A stretch of DNA of 64,000 nucleotides from a virus (Duplodnaviria; Caudoviricetes): positions 10,592 to 74,591 of the IMG/VR virus record IMGVR_UViG_3300023218_000003; one strand, written 5' to 3'. The notes under the pieces are model-generated. The model worked only from the letters and a program-made list of their open reading frames with translations, searched no databases and was not told the origin of the DNA. Positions 36,064 through 47,200 of this stretch are shown piece after piece. Positions within the stretch are counted from its first letter, which is position 1. Every line of letters begins with the position of its first letter. Position numbers and translations under genes: made by a program.

Positions 36064-36750
36064 ATGGCGAAGAAATACGCAGACAAAGAAACTGAACGCG
36101 CAGTCGAAGAAGAAGACGCGAAGCTTGATCAGACTTCGAACAAGCTTGGGCTTTTCGCAGACGTCGACGATGATGGTGAAGAAGTGATCGACGACGAACG
36201 CGAACGCGGAACAGAACGCGACATGCTGGGAGTCGCAGTCAAGGTGCATCGATTCAAGATTCGCCCGCTGACTCTGTCCGCGTTCGCGTTGCTGCGACAG
36301 ATCGACAGCGCGTTTCTGACGTTCACGCCGATTCTGTCGAACGACGATCGCGATGCGCTTCTTGAACTTGCAGAGAAGCCGAAGCGCAGCGACGTCGAAG
36401 AAAAGCGATACATGAAGCTGATCGCGATGGCGAAAGCTGAAAGCGAAATGATTCAGAATCCATACTTGGAGACGCTGAAGTTCATGGCGCTGATGACTGT
36501 CGAAGTCGACGAAGAAGAAGCTGAAGACTTGGCATTCGCAGACGACAACGGGCGCGCACTGCGTCGCGCTGCTTTCGAATTCGGCGAACAGATCGAAGCA
36601 AACGAAATGGACGATCTGACGACTGCGATCGGCATTGCAGTCGGAGAAGCGCAACAGTCGAAAGTCGTGCCTACTAAAAAAAAGGGTCCGCGTCACACAG
36701 CAGTGAAGAAAAAGGCAACGCGTTCGCGCCGACGTTCATTGCGCAAATAG
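36064..36750 (+). CDS. tail assembly chaperone (G)
   Basis: Precedes TMP; slippery AAAAAAAAG at 36676-36684. Confidence 0.75.
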   Translation: MAKKYADKETERAVEEEDAKLDQTSNKLGLFADVDDDGEEVIDDERERGTERDMLGVAVKVHRFKIRPLTLSAFALLRQIDSAFLTFTPILSNDDRDALLELAEKPKRSDVEEKRYMKLIAMAKAESEMIQNPYLETLKFMALMTVEVDEEEAEDLAFADDNGRALRRAAFEFGEQIEANEMDDLTTAIGIAVGEAQQSKVVPTKKKGPRHTAVKKKATRSRRRSLRK

Positions 36751-36962
36751 TCTGCATCGTCTGTGAAATGGCGAACTGTGATCTGACGACTGCATTCAAA
36801 CGCTACCCCGCAAGACTTTGTTTCGAACTTGAAAATTGCTACTACAGGAAAAACGACATAGCTTGTGATCGATGGGAATCTTTTGACGGAATGGGATCAG
36901 CAGCAGATCGCGAAGTGATGACGCTGCTGAAGTCGCTTGAAGAAGACGACGAAGAATTCTGA
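36678..36962 (+). CDS. tail assembly chaperone -1 frameshift extension (GT)
   Basis: -1 frame open from the slippery site: KGSASHSSEEKGNAFAPTFIAQIVCIVCEMANCDL.. to TGA 36960-36962. Confidence 0.7.
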   Translation, partial: KKGSASHSSEEKGNAFAPTFIAQIVCIVCEMANCDLTTAFKRYPARLCFELENCYYRKNDIACDRWESFDGMGSAADREVMTLLKSLEEDDEEF

Positions 36963-36974
36963 CCCGTTGAAAGA

Positions 36975-39191
36975 ATGGCAAATAGTGCAGATGTATCAAT
37001 CAACCTGATCGCGAATGCGTCGCGCTTTCAAAGCGGGATGCGAACGGGTCAGAATTCATTGCGCGGCTTCAACAACGAAGCGACGCGCACGAATCGTGTC
37101 GCGACAGCAGCGCGCGGCGGCATGTCGAAGATGATCGCGACTGTCGGTCGACTCGCTGCTGCATACATCGGAGTCACAGCAGCAGTGCGCGGCTTCACTG
37201 CATCAGCAAAGACATTCGCTGGACTCGAATTCGCGATGGCACGTGTCGAAGCGCTGACGTTCGCTTCTGCTGACGCAATGGCTGCGATGGAGTCTGAAGC
37301 GCGTCGACTTGGCGCGACGACGATGTTCAGTGCTGCTGAAGCTGCTGAAGGTCTTGCGTTCTTGTCGCAGGCGGGCTTCACAGCAGAACAGTCGATCGCT
37401 TCGCTTGAAGACACGCTGAATCTTGCCGCTGCTGGCAACATTTCACTTGGCGAATCAGCAGACATCGCGACGAACATCATGTCGGGATTCAGTCTTGCTG
37501 CTGAAGAAGCAGGGCGCGTCGCTGACGTGCTTGCGCTGATTCAAGCGCGCGCGAACACGAATGTTCAAGGCATGGGTGAAGCGATGAAGTTCGTCGCGCC
37601 GTTCGCGTCTGCACTCGGCATCAGTCTTGAAGAAGCATCTGCTGCTGTCGGTGTCTTGGCGAACAACGGCATCAAAGCAGGTCTTGCGGGTCGCGGTCTT
37701 GCCGCAGTGCTTGGGCTGATGATCAACCCGAACGAAAAAGCCGCTGCTGCGCTTGAAGCAGTCGGCATGTCTGCGTCTGACATCAACCCTGACATCGTCG
37801 GTCTTGAAACTGCGCTTTCGAATCTGTCGAAGTTCGACCCGCAGATTCTTGCGCAGATGTTCGGCGCAGCGAACTTCGACGTCGTCGCTTCTCTGATCAA
37901 GGGCGTCGCGAACGGCTCGCTTCCCGAACTGACAGCGTCGCTTGAAGACGCAGAAGGCACAGCAGAGAAGTCAGCAGCGACGATGTCAGACACGCTGATC
38001 GGTTCGTGGCGCGAACTGAAGTCTGCGATTCAAGAACTGATCATCGGCACGGGCGACACAGGTCTTGGCGAATTCTTTCGCGGGATGCTAGTCAACATCA
38101 CTGAAGGCGTGCGCGTTCTTCAGTTCGTCGTCGGCGTCGTGCGCAACGCGCTTGTGAACGGCGACATCGGCAGAGCATTCGGCATCAGCTTGCAGATCGC
38201 GGGCATCAACTTCTTGAATTCGCTTGCGCGCATCGGTTCATTCATCAGCGGTCTTGTGCTGTCGGGACTCGCGCCTGTCATCGGCGTCTTCGCTGGACTC
38301 GGCTACACGATTCAAGACACAGTCGTCAACGCGTTCAAACTTGCTGGCAACTTCTTGTTCGAAAAAGCGACTGCTGCTGCACTGACAGTGCTTGAAGCAG
38401 TGAACAAGATTCCCGGCGTCGATCTGTCGAGCATGATCAAGACTGTCGACGAAATGAACAAGATGGCGCAAGCGGGCATGACTGAAGCTTCGCACGTGTT
38501 GTCTGACGGCTTCATGTCGCGCATGAATGACAACATGACAGACGTCACTGATTCGCTTCTTGAAGCGGGCGCTGACATGATGGCGGGCAACGACGGATTC
38601 GGAAACGACATCGCGATCGATACGTCTGATCTTGAAGGTGAACTTGACGGCATCATCGAACGAAATTGGCCCGACGCTGTTGAAGAAGCGACGAAGAAAG
38701 GCGTCGACGAAGCGACGAAAGACGGCGGGCTTCCCGAACCCGAACTGACGCTTGATGAACTGAAGAAGAAAGAAGCAGAGAAGAAAGCCGCTGAAGAAGC
38801 AGAGAAGAAGCGCAAGCAAGAAGCAGAGAAGCGACAGCGTGAAGAAGAAGCTGCGATGAAGAAAGCGCAGCGTGAAGCTGAACGTGCTGCTGAACGTCGT
38901 GCGCAACGTGAACAGCGACTTCGCGAGTCGACGAAAGTCGATCAGTTTCGATCTGTCGGCGGCGGTGGCGCTGCATTCAACGTCGGCGCATTCTTGGGAC
39001 TCGGCACGCGCGACGGCATCACAGCGCTTGGCGCAGGCGCAGGCGGGCCGCTTGGCGCTGCACGTGTCGGCGGTCAGCGTGAAATCACTGTGCTGAACGA
39101 CATCAAAGCACTGCTTCAGCAGATTCGTGATCGAATCAATCCGTCGACTGGCGCGACGGGCACGGGGCTTCAACTTTCAATCGAAGAATAA
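36975..39191 (+). CDS. tape measure protein (TP901 family)
   Basis: EFAMARVEAL..EARRLGATTMFSAAEAAEGLAFLSQAG; AEKSAATMSDTLIGSW. Confidence 0.92.
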   Translation: MANSADVSINLIANASRFQSGMRTGQNSLRGFNNEATRTNRVATAARGGMSKMIATVGRLAAAYIGVTAAVRGFTASAKTFAGLEFAMARVEALTFASADAMAAMESEARRLGATTMFSAAEAAEGLAFLSQAGFTAEQSIASLEDTLNLAAAGNISLGESADIATNIMSGFSLAAEEAGRVADVLALIQARANTNVQGMGEAMKFVAPFASALGISLEEASAAVGVLANNGIKAGLAGRGLAAVLGLMINPNEKAAAALEAVGMSASDINPDIVGLETALSNLSKFDPQILAQMFGAANFDVVASLIKGVANGSLPELTASLEDAEGTAEKSAATMSDTLIGSWRELKSAIQELIIGTGDTGLGEFFRGMLVNITEGVRVLQFVVGVVRNALVNGDIGRAFGISLQIAGINFLNSLARIGSFISGLVLSGLAPVIGVFAGLGYTIQDTVVNAFKLAGNFLFEKATAAALTVLEAVNKIPGVDLSSMIKTVDEMNKMAQAGMTEASHVLSDGFMSRMNDNMTDVTDSLLEAGADMMAGNDGFGNDIAIDTSDLEGELDGIIERNWPDAVEEATKKGVDEATKDGGLPEPELTLDELKKKEAEKKAAEEAEKKRKQEAEKRQREEEAAMKKAQREAERAAERRAQREQRLRESTKVDQFRSVGGGGAAFNVGAFLGLGTRDGITALGAGAGGPLGAARVGGQREITVLNDIKALLQQIRDRINPSTGATGTGLQLSIEE

Positions 39192-39197
39192 AACATC

Positions 39198-39887
39198 ATG
39201 GCACAAGTCGAATGGAACGGATCGATCAGCGAAGAAGCGCCGCAGTATGACATCGAACTTGATGAATTCGGTGTCGGCAGTTCGACGCTGTATCGTCAGT
39301 ATGAATGGGACTCCGCGTCTGCGATCGCAATCAAGATCGACAGAATGGAGACGCACCCTGACTTCCCGTGGTTGAAGCGCAAGTCAGCGCGCATCAGTCG
39401 ACAAGAAGCGAAGTTCGTCACAGCGCAGATCAGCTTCGTCGGCATCCCGCCCGACACTGACAAGAAGACATATCGAATGACTGCGTCGCTAGGCAGTGCG
39501 CCAGTCGAAACGCACCCGCGCTTTCAAGAATTGATCGAAGAAGGGCTTGTGTCGTTCGACCCCGAAGAAGGCACACTTGTCTGGTCGCAGACTGACAAGA
39601 AAGGTGAAGAAAACAAACTGTTCGGCACTGAATCGTGGCTTCAGCCGACGCTTGTCTACGAAGAAACGTGGGTTCGCGGCAGCAGGGGAAGCAGCAAAGA
39701 CTTCAGAAAGATCGGACTGATCGAAACGCCGCCGAAGTCTGACGCGCGACCGCAGACGCCTGACGGCACGAACTTCTTGTTCATTGGCGGCAACATCGAA
39801 ATCATCGGTCTCGGTTCGAAGATGACGCGTCGATGGAAGCTGTCTTCTGGCGGGCCGTGGTCAGAGAAACTATACAAGAAGCGTTGA
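39198..39887 (+). CDS. tail tip protein (distal-tail position)
   Basis: Directly after TMP; PVETHPRF motif. Confidence 0.6.
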   Translation: MAQVEWNGSISEEAPQYDIELDEFGVGSSTLYRQYEWDSASAIAIKIDRMETHPDFPWLKRKSARISRQEAKFVTAQISFVGIPPDTDKKTYRMTASLGSAPVETHPRFQELIEEGLVSFDPEEGTLVWSQTDKKGEENKLFGTESWLQPTLVYEETWVRGSRGSSKDFRKIGLIETPPKSDARPQTPDGTNFLFIGGNIEIIGLGSKMTRRWKLSSGGPWSEKLYKKR

Positions 39888-39899
39888 AACAGTTTTCAA
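39884..39899. promoter_or_regulatory. operator-like palindrome
   Basis: TTGAAACAGTTTTCAA. Confidence 0.7.
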
Positions 39900-39903
39900 A
39901 TCG

Positions 39904-40497
39904 ATGGCAAGAATTCGATGCAACGACAAGCAGCTTGAACAAGTTCTGAACTATATTCTTGCGAAAGCTGAAGGCAGAAAAGCGCCAGAAATTAGCGTCG
40001 GCAAGGGCATGTTCGCCCCGCACATCGACGATGATCATGTCGTGATCGAATCGCGTGGCGGCGGTCGTGGCGGTGGCGCGTGTCGCAAGTGGTCGATCAC
40101 TGTCAGCACGAAAGACGGCGGCGCTGTCGCGACGCTGAACAGCGGCACGATCAACGGCATCGCTGCGTCGAATCAGGGCGAAGAAGTCAGCTTCAGCAAG
40201 AACGCTGCTGCGATCTACTTCGTCGCAAGCGTAGTCGCGAATACGGGAAGCACAGTGTCGTGGGAATTCTCTGCTGAAACTTCGCAGCCCGAACAGACAG
40301 TCAGTGAAGGTCAGCCGTCTGACTTTCAGTTCACTGTCGCGACGCTGATCGGAGGCGTGCTGAAGACTTCGTTCTGCGGCAACGTCACAGCGACATCGTC
40401 GCAAGCATTCACGACTTCGAAGAACAACCCGAAGCCGGGTGAAGAACCGTTCGTGCGTCACTTCACGTGGCAAGTATCTGACGATGGTGTCTGCTGA
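39904..40497 (+). CDS. tail tip-associated protein
   Basis: Position; beta-rich. Confidence 0.55.
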   Translation: MARIRCNDKQLEQVLNYILAKAEGRKAPEISVGKGMFAPHIDDDHVVIESRGGGRGGGACRKWSITVSTKDGGAVATLNSGTINGIAASNQGEEVSFSKNAAAIYFVASVVANTGSTVSWEFSAETSQPEQTVSEGQPSDFQFTVATLIGGVLKTSFCGNVTATSSQAFTTSKNNPKPGEEPFVRHFTWQVSDDGVC

Positions 40498-40499
40498 TC

Positions 40500-42956
40500 A
40501 TGGGCTTGTCGTTCATCACTCCCGACAAAGGCGTGCAATATGTGCCGCTTCAGATCAGTTCGTCGTCGATTTCATCATCGTCTGTGACTGGCGGCGGAAC
40601 GACTGAAGTCGGGCTGACGACTTCATTCGTGAACGAAGGAGAGAATGCAACGACGTCGACGAATTCGACAAGTGACGGAACAACATCACAGACACAGGCA
40701 GCATACACCGAAAACAAGTTCGTTCGAAACGCAAGCAGCACAGGTCTGACTGACTTCGCTTCTTTCACGCAAGAAGGATCATATGAATTTTCTTGGGAGT
40801 CATCATCGACTGACAGAGACAGTGACGGAAACGGCGGCAGCGCTTCAGTCAGTGCGTCTGGCGCATCGGCATTCACGTCGTCGTCTTCGCGCGGCTTCAC
40901 TGATCAAACAATCGTGAACGGGTCGCAGATAGAAATCAAAGCGACGACACAGCAAGACGGAACGTCGTCGACTTTTTCAACAACGATTGAATGGGTGAAG
41001 ACTGTCGTTGAATACGACGCTGTCGGTCGCGGCGCTACAGTCGCAGGATCGAAAACTACGACAGCAGAAACGCAGTCATTCGCTTCGAAGCTTACGACAG
41101 GCGAAGTGCTGACATCTTCGACAACGAACGCGGGAACAGGCGTGTCTACCGCAAGCACGACGACGACATCGACGAACTTCATCGCTTCATGGCTTTCGAC
41201 GAACAGATCGAAACTGACAACGACAGCGCCGTTCACAGAACGCGCAAGCATCACTGTGTCTGAATCTGTAGGTTCATTCACTGTCGATGGATCAAAAGCT
41301 GTTGCAGATCGATCGATTCGGATTGCGACGAACGCTGACTTCTATCCGATTGGCATCGTGCGTGAAATTGAAGGCGGTGGCGTTGACATTCTGTTCGATG
41401 ATGATCGCGAAATCAGATCATACAGTCGATCTGACAAAGCAGTCAGCTTCGTGAACGGCGATAGAACATACAAACCGAAGACACGCGAAGATGATCAGAA
41501 TGTCACGTTCATTACTGTGAACGCATCAGAAGCGACGAAGACGCGCGAAGTCACGATCACGGGAAATCCGGCACACAATTCAAGCGAATCGAAGTATGAT
41601 GCTATCGGGACAGAACAACGCACGTTCTGCGAAGGCAGCACGACGGGAACGTATGCGCACAGAATCACTTCGACCGCTTCGATCGAAGAAAGCGACGAAG
41701 ACACGTATCTGTCGACTGTGACTGATGCGCTGACGACAGAATCGACTGTGACGACGAACTTGATTTCGACCGCAAAAACGACGGTGAATATCAATCATCC
41801 CGAAGTCGACGCGTCTTCTATCTTCACGACTTCAACTGTCAACACGTCGACGAATTCTTCGACGACAGTCACTGTGCTGTCGAACAACGGCGCTGTCATC
41901 GTCGGTGATGCATCAACAGACACAGAAACGCAGATCGAAAACGGCGCGACATCGATCACGCAGGGCGGCGGCTACACTTTCGGTAATGATTCGAATCGTG
42001 CAGAACTGAAAGTTCAGCGACCGTATTACGAAGGCGGCGTTTTGATTCTCGGCAATCAAAGCATGACGATGAACTACACGCGCACAGTCGCAGGCTATGC
42101 GCCGTTCAACATGCCGAAAGATGCAGAACGACCGAACCCGTTCTTGGGCTTCACGACTTCGCTTGTGTCGTCTGAAGGCTTCGCTTCGTGGTCGTATCGA
42201 TCAGACGGCGCGATTCAGCACTTCAACAGAATCACGAATCTTGATGACACGCCCTGTCGCACGATCAGTGAAACATTCACGCACAGCGACGTCACGTTCG
42301 CACAGACGATCACTGATTCAGACAACATTCAGTTCTTCGATCGAACTGTGACGCGCGTCGATGATCTTGAAGTCGTCGAATCAGTGATTGAAGCATCGAC
42401 AGGCACGAAGACATTCACGACGACGAATTCGAACGGTGACGAAGTCGAGTCGTCGACAACAACAGGGAACGGGCACAGCGTTCCTGCTACGACGACGACT
42501 TCAGCACTTGTGACGATGTCGCGCACGTGGACGACTGGCTTCATGACTGATGATGCGAACACAGCAGCGAACGCGACAGCACGTTCGCTGACGTATCGCG
42601 GCAAACACGGCAACAAGGGAACGATCGTCGTCGAACTATGCAACAGCATTCAGCACACGACGTTTGAATCAACTGCCAGACTGGGAATCTTTCGCGGCCC
42701 GATCGAAGTCACTGTGCGCGCACCGTATCACTTCAGCGTGACGATGCGTGATTCGAAGTCGACAACACTGACAGAATATTCGAACGGTGATCGCAACGCT
42801 GACAAGAAAACAGAAGCACTTCAGCTTGATCGTGATGTCGAATACAGCATCAGCGCGAACAGTCTTGTCGGCCCGAATGTCGGTGGACCGTCACAAGTCG
42901 ACGCTGCAACGTATGATTTCGAAGGCTATCAGGTGTTGAAAGTCGACACAGACTGA
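40500..42956 (+). CDS. Ser/Thr-rich (mucin-like) tail/virion protein
   Basis: 818 aa; about 36 of the first 100 residues are S or T by hand count, with SSSS/TTTT runs throughout. Confidence 0.75.
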   Translation: MGLSFITPDKGVQYVPLQISSSSISSSSVTGGGTTEVGLTTSFVNEGENATTSTNSTSDGTTSQTQAAYTENKFVRNASSTGLTDFASFTQEGSYEFSWESSSTDRDSDGNGGSASVSASGASAFTSSSSRGFTDQTIVNGSQIEIKATTQQDGTSSTFSTTIEWVKTVVEYDAVGRGATVAGSKTTTAETQSFASKLTTGEVLTSSTTNAGTGVSTASTTTTSTNFIASWLSTNRSKLTTTAPFTERASITVSESVGSFTVDGSKAVADRSIRIATNADFYPIGIVREIEGGGVDILFDDDREIRSYSRSDKAVSFVNGDRTYKPKTREDDQNVTFITVNASEATKTREVTITGNPAHNSSESKYDAIGTEQRTFCEGSTTGTYAHRITSTASIEESDEDTYLSTVTDALTTESTVTTNLISTAKTTVNINHPEVDASSIFTTSTVNTSTNSSTTVTVLSNNGAVIVGDASTDTETQIENGATSITQGGGYTFGNDSNRAELKVQRPYYEGGVLILGNQSMTMNYTRTVAGYAPFNMPKDAERPNPFLGFTTSLVSSEGFASWSYRSDGAIQHFNRITNLDDTPCRTISETFTHSDVTFAQTITDSDNIQFFDRTVTRVDDLEVVESVIEASTGTKTFTTTNSNGDEVESSTTTGNGHSVPATTTTSALVTMSRTWTTGFMTDDANTAANATARSLTYRGKHGNKGTIVVELCNSIQHTTFESTARLGIFRGPIEVTVRAPYHFSVTMRDSKSTTLTEYSNGDRNADKKTEALQLDRDVEYSISANSLVGPNVGGPSQVDAATYDFEGYQVLKVDTD

Positions 42957-42970
42957 TCGATCGTTCTTGC

Positions 42971-44158
42971 ATGGCAACGACACAGAAGAAGCGCGTCGCG
43001 ATCGTGACGTGTGCGACGAAATCCTACGTCTACGCGATCGACGCATTCATGCGCGCAGTTTCGCGCAACATCTATCACTTGCAGAAACATCGACCGAACG
43101 AATACGAAATCAGACTGATCTTCGTCGGTGATGAAGAAGCATGGAGACACACGCGAGAAATCACGCAGCACTTGTTCGACGGCGACGGCAAAGACTGGGA
43201 CAGAATCTGTGACGTGCAGCACTTCGTCGGCAACTGGACTGAAGGCGAGAACTACAAGCATCACGCACAGCACACGATCGCACAGATGCGCACGAAGACG
43301 TTCGAACTGTCGCGCAGATGGAACGCTGACTTCTGCTGGTCACTCGACAGTGACGTGCTACCGCCCGACAACGCGCTGCTGTGTTCACTTCAGATGCTTG
43401 ACTTCGATGGCGGCTACTATTCGATCGCGTGCTGTCCCTACCCGTCGCAAGGGGGCGGGTCGTTTCTGACGGGTCGCGGCACTCGCTTCAACACGATCTT
43501 GCCCGACTTCGATTTCGAAGAACGTGACGTGTCTGAAGACATCGCGAAAGAATGGGCTGAACTGTGCGCTGAAGTCGATGCTGATCCCGAGAATGTCGAA
43601 CTTGCGCGCAAGCGTCACGACATGATGAAGCAGATCGAACAGACGTGCCCGCCGAAGTATGGCGGCAACATCTGGAAGCTGAACGCTGAACACGGCTGGC
43701 GTCGTCGCGGCTGGTTCGACTTCGCGTATCCCGCGATCGGTCGCGGCGCTGTCGTGCCGACTGACTGGTGCGGATTCGGCGCGACACTGATGAACGCTGA
43801 TGCACTGTCAGTCGCAGACTTCACGGGCTACGACGGCAACGGCACTGAAGACTTGTTCGTCGTCTGGAAGCGCTGGTTCCCGCGCGATCTGAAACTGTGT
43901 TCTATCCCGCATTGCCCGTGCGATCACGTCGTTCGCACTGGCGGCGACAAGCGCAAGATCGTTCACGTTCACGCGTATCACGAAGAACACGAAGAAACGA
44001 AAGATCATCTGCGTCGCGAGAATCGCCCGTTCTATCAGCACACTGTCGGCGAAGAACACGACGACGCGAATGACGGCGTGCCCGCGATCGCTGAAAATGA
44101 TCAGCAGCAAGTCGAGTCGCCGACGCAGCAGAAGAAGCGTCGACGCAAGCTGAAGTGA
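42971..44158 (+). CDS. GT-A fold glycosyltransferase
   Basis: RVAIVTCA, DxD motif WSLDSDV, WCGFGATLM, TEDLF. Confidence 0.75.
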   Translation: MATTQKKRVAIVTCATKSYVYAIDAFMRAVSRNIYHLQKHRPNEYEIRLIFVGDEEAWRHTREITQHLFDGDGKDWDRICDVQHFVGNWTEGENYKHHAQHTIAQMRTKTFELSRRWNADFCWSLDSDVLPPDNALLCSLQMLDFDGGYYSIACCPYPSQGGGSFLTGRGTRFNTILPDFDFEERDVSEDIAKEWAELCAEVDADPENVELARKRHDMMKQIEQTCPPKYGGNIWKLNAEHGWRRRGWFDFAYPAIGRGAVVPTDWCGFGATLMNADALSVADFTGYDGNGTEDLFVVWKRWFPRDLKLCSIPHCPCDHVVRTGGDKRKIVHVHAYHEEHEETKDHLRRENRPFYQHTVGEEHDDANDGVPAIAENDQQQVESPTQQKKRRRKLK

Positions 44159-44255
44159 CGCTGTTTGTTTGTTTGTCAAAAAACTGCGACGATTTAACAA
44201 ACAAATCTTTTTTAACATAATCCACTTGACGCGCTTTTTTCGTGTCAACAGATCG

Positions 44256-44283
44256 CTGGACATCGCGCGAAAAACGACGCAGA
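44256..44283 (+). promoter_or_regulatory. late promoter-like motif (tail fibre)
   Basis: CTGGAC-N9-AAAACG-ACGCAGA. Confidence 0.65.
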
Positions 44284-44291
44284 CTGATCGC

Positions 44292-47200
44292 ATGTCCCGC
44301 AGAATGATTGTCTACGTCGACGGCACTGAAAGACGCGTCGTCGAATCGCCGTTCACGCGAAGCACTGGTCAGATTCCCGACATGTTCACGGGAGAGAAGA
44401 TCACGCTTGATGTCGTGCCGCTTCGTGAAGTTGAAAAAGGCAGCGCGACTGCATACGAAATCGATGACAGCTACAACAGCGACACGTTCAAAGTCGGCGT
44501 CGGCGTCGTCGATGTTCCGCCGTCTTCGGGCAGCTACAAGATCACATACAAGACCGACACGACGATCGCGCTGGACTACGATTCGACAGCGCAGCAGATT
44601 CAAGACGCGCTGAACGATGCGTCGATGACTGATCTGCTGGCTGATTCGCCGAACGGCGTCAGCGTCACGGGCAATTTCGAAACTGGCTATCGCATCACGT
44701 GGGATTCGACGGGCGCAGTCGACGACTTCGGCAGTGACGAAGTGAATCTGCTTCCCGAATCTGTCGTCGCATTCACGACTGAACGCGAAGGCGACACGGG
44801 CATCAGCGAAGTCGTCATGCTTCGACTGATGAAGAAGCAAGCGGGACTGACGACTTCTGCTTCTTCGATTCCTACCGGCAGCATGTCTGTCAGTCAGATC
44901 ACTGCGGGTTCGCGCAAGACTCGCGAAATTTTCGACATCACTGCTGTCGCTGACACTGCGCCTGTTGCGCAGCGAGAAGAAGCACGTGCAGTCGCAGTCG
45001 GCGGCGCGTTTCACGTCGCGACGTTGACGACAGTCGCAGACAGCAGCGACAGTCTTGATGGGAAATATTTCGTGCTGTATGACGACGAAGGCAGCGTTGC
45101 CTTCTGGATCGATACTGATAACAGCGGCACGACGATCCCGTCTGCTGCTGCGCTTCTTGATCGCAGCGTCGAAATCACGACGATCGAAACAGACGACAGC
45201 GACGGCGTCGTTGCAGACAAGATCGCGACTGCGATCAACAACGACAGCAAGTTCAGTGCGACGCATGACGGCAATGTCGTGATGATCACGTATTCGACGA
45301 TCGGTGCGCACGGCGCTGCTGCTGCTGGCACTTCTGGCTTCACTGCTGCGACTTCGACGACAGGCGCATCGACCGACAATTACGACGGCACGTATTTCTA
45401 TCTGACGGCGCTGAACGCTGACGGCGAAGAAGAAGTTCACGCGTGGTATTTTTCGCAAGACGGCACGACTGACCCGCCGACTGCTGCGCTTGCACTCGAC
45501 AGCGATCTGACTGAAATCACATACGGCACGACTGACACTGCGCAAGAAATGGCATCGACGATCGCGACGTCGATCAATTCGAACGCGCTGTTCAGTGCAG
45601 TCGCAAGCGGCACTGAAATCCACATCACGCACGTCAACGCTGGCGACGTCAGCGACATGAACGAAGGCGATTCGCCGTTGACGAATCTGTCAGTCACTGA
45701 AAACGGCAGCGATTCTTCGCTGGACGGAAAGCACTTCATTGCATACGAAACTGACGGCGAAGGCGGCGAACAGTCGCGCGCATTCTGGTTCAACATCAGC
45801 GGCAACGCTTCCCCGTCAGGCACTGCACTGACTGCTGATCGCACGACTGAAATCACGACGATCAGCAGCGGCGCGAAAGCACACGAAGTCGCATCTGCTG
45901 TCGCATCTGCTGTCGATGCACTCGACACGTTCAGCGCAGTCGCGAAAGGCACGAAGATCAACATCGAATCGTCTGAAGGCTACGCATTCACTGACGCATC
46001 TGCTGAAACGTCTGGCTTCACTGTCACGAAGATTCAAGACGGCGGCACGGGAAGCGACGCATCTGCACTTGTCGAAGTGACGTTCAGCGAACAGGCGATC
46101 GGCGGCGTCTACACACTTTCGATCGACACGGGCGGCGGCGCGCAGACGACTGCGGGCATTCCGTGGGACGCGACGCCCGAACAGATCGTCGCAGAACTTG
46201 AAGAACTACCGAACGTCGCAGTCGATGACGTCACTGTCGAAGGCGCGCTTGGCGGCGATCTGCGTATCGGCTTCAGAAACAATCTTTCAGACACAGCAAT
46301 CACAGTCACTGTCGACGACGACGGCATCAAGTGGATCGAAGGCAAGCGATTCACGCTTGATCTGAACACGACGTCGGCTTTCTCGCTGCTTTACGGTCTG
46401 GACGAACTTGAATGCATTCTGGAAGTCGAAGCGACGCAGGGCAGCACATACACCGTCAAGCTTGTTCACGCGCAAGTCACACTGAAGAACGGTCTGATCG
46501 ACTCGACTGCGTTGTCGCCGTCGCCGCAGCTTTCGTGGTATACGCAAGCAGAAGTCGATGCGCTAATCATTCATCACGAAAAGACGATCACGTCGCTGAC
46601 TGGCGGCACATCGTCTGATCTTGACAGCATCGCAACGACTTCGCTGACGCCCGAACGCGCAGTGTTCTTCTACGACAACGACAACAGTGAATATGTGATC
46701 TATGTGCTGAAGTCGGGCACTGAAGCAGAGTCGTCGCCTGACATCATTCGACCTGACGACTTCGCTTCGTCGACGAATGAAAAATACTGGGAACGCGTCG
46801 ACATTCAGCCGACAGTCATCACTGATCACGGCGAACTTGATGGTCTGACTGACGACGATCACACGCAGTATCTGCTTGTCGACGGCAGTCGCGCGGGAAC
46901 AGGCGTTCAAGAATTGCTTGGTCTGAACTTCACTGACTTCGCAGTGAAGACTGTGTCGTCGGGCACTGTCACGCTGACACAGACGCTGACGATCATCGCA
47001 GCAGAGTCAGGCACGACTGACGACGTCGCGACGTTCAGTGCAGCGAAAGGGCACGGCGATCTTCTTGTCGTGCAAGCTGACAGCGGCGACACGATCACAA
47101 TCAAGCACGGCACAGGCAACATCAGCACGACAAGCGGCGAAGACTTGACGCTGTCAGGCAGTGATCTGCTGATGTTTGTCTACGACGGCACGAACTGGTG

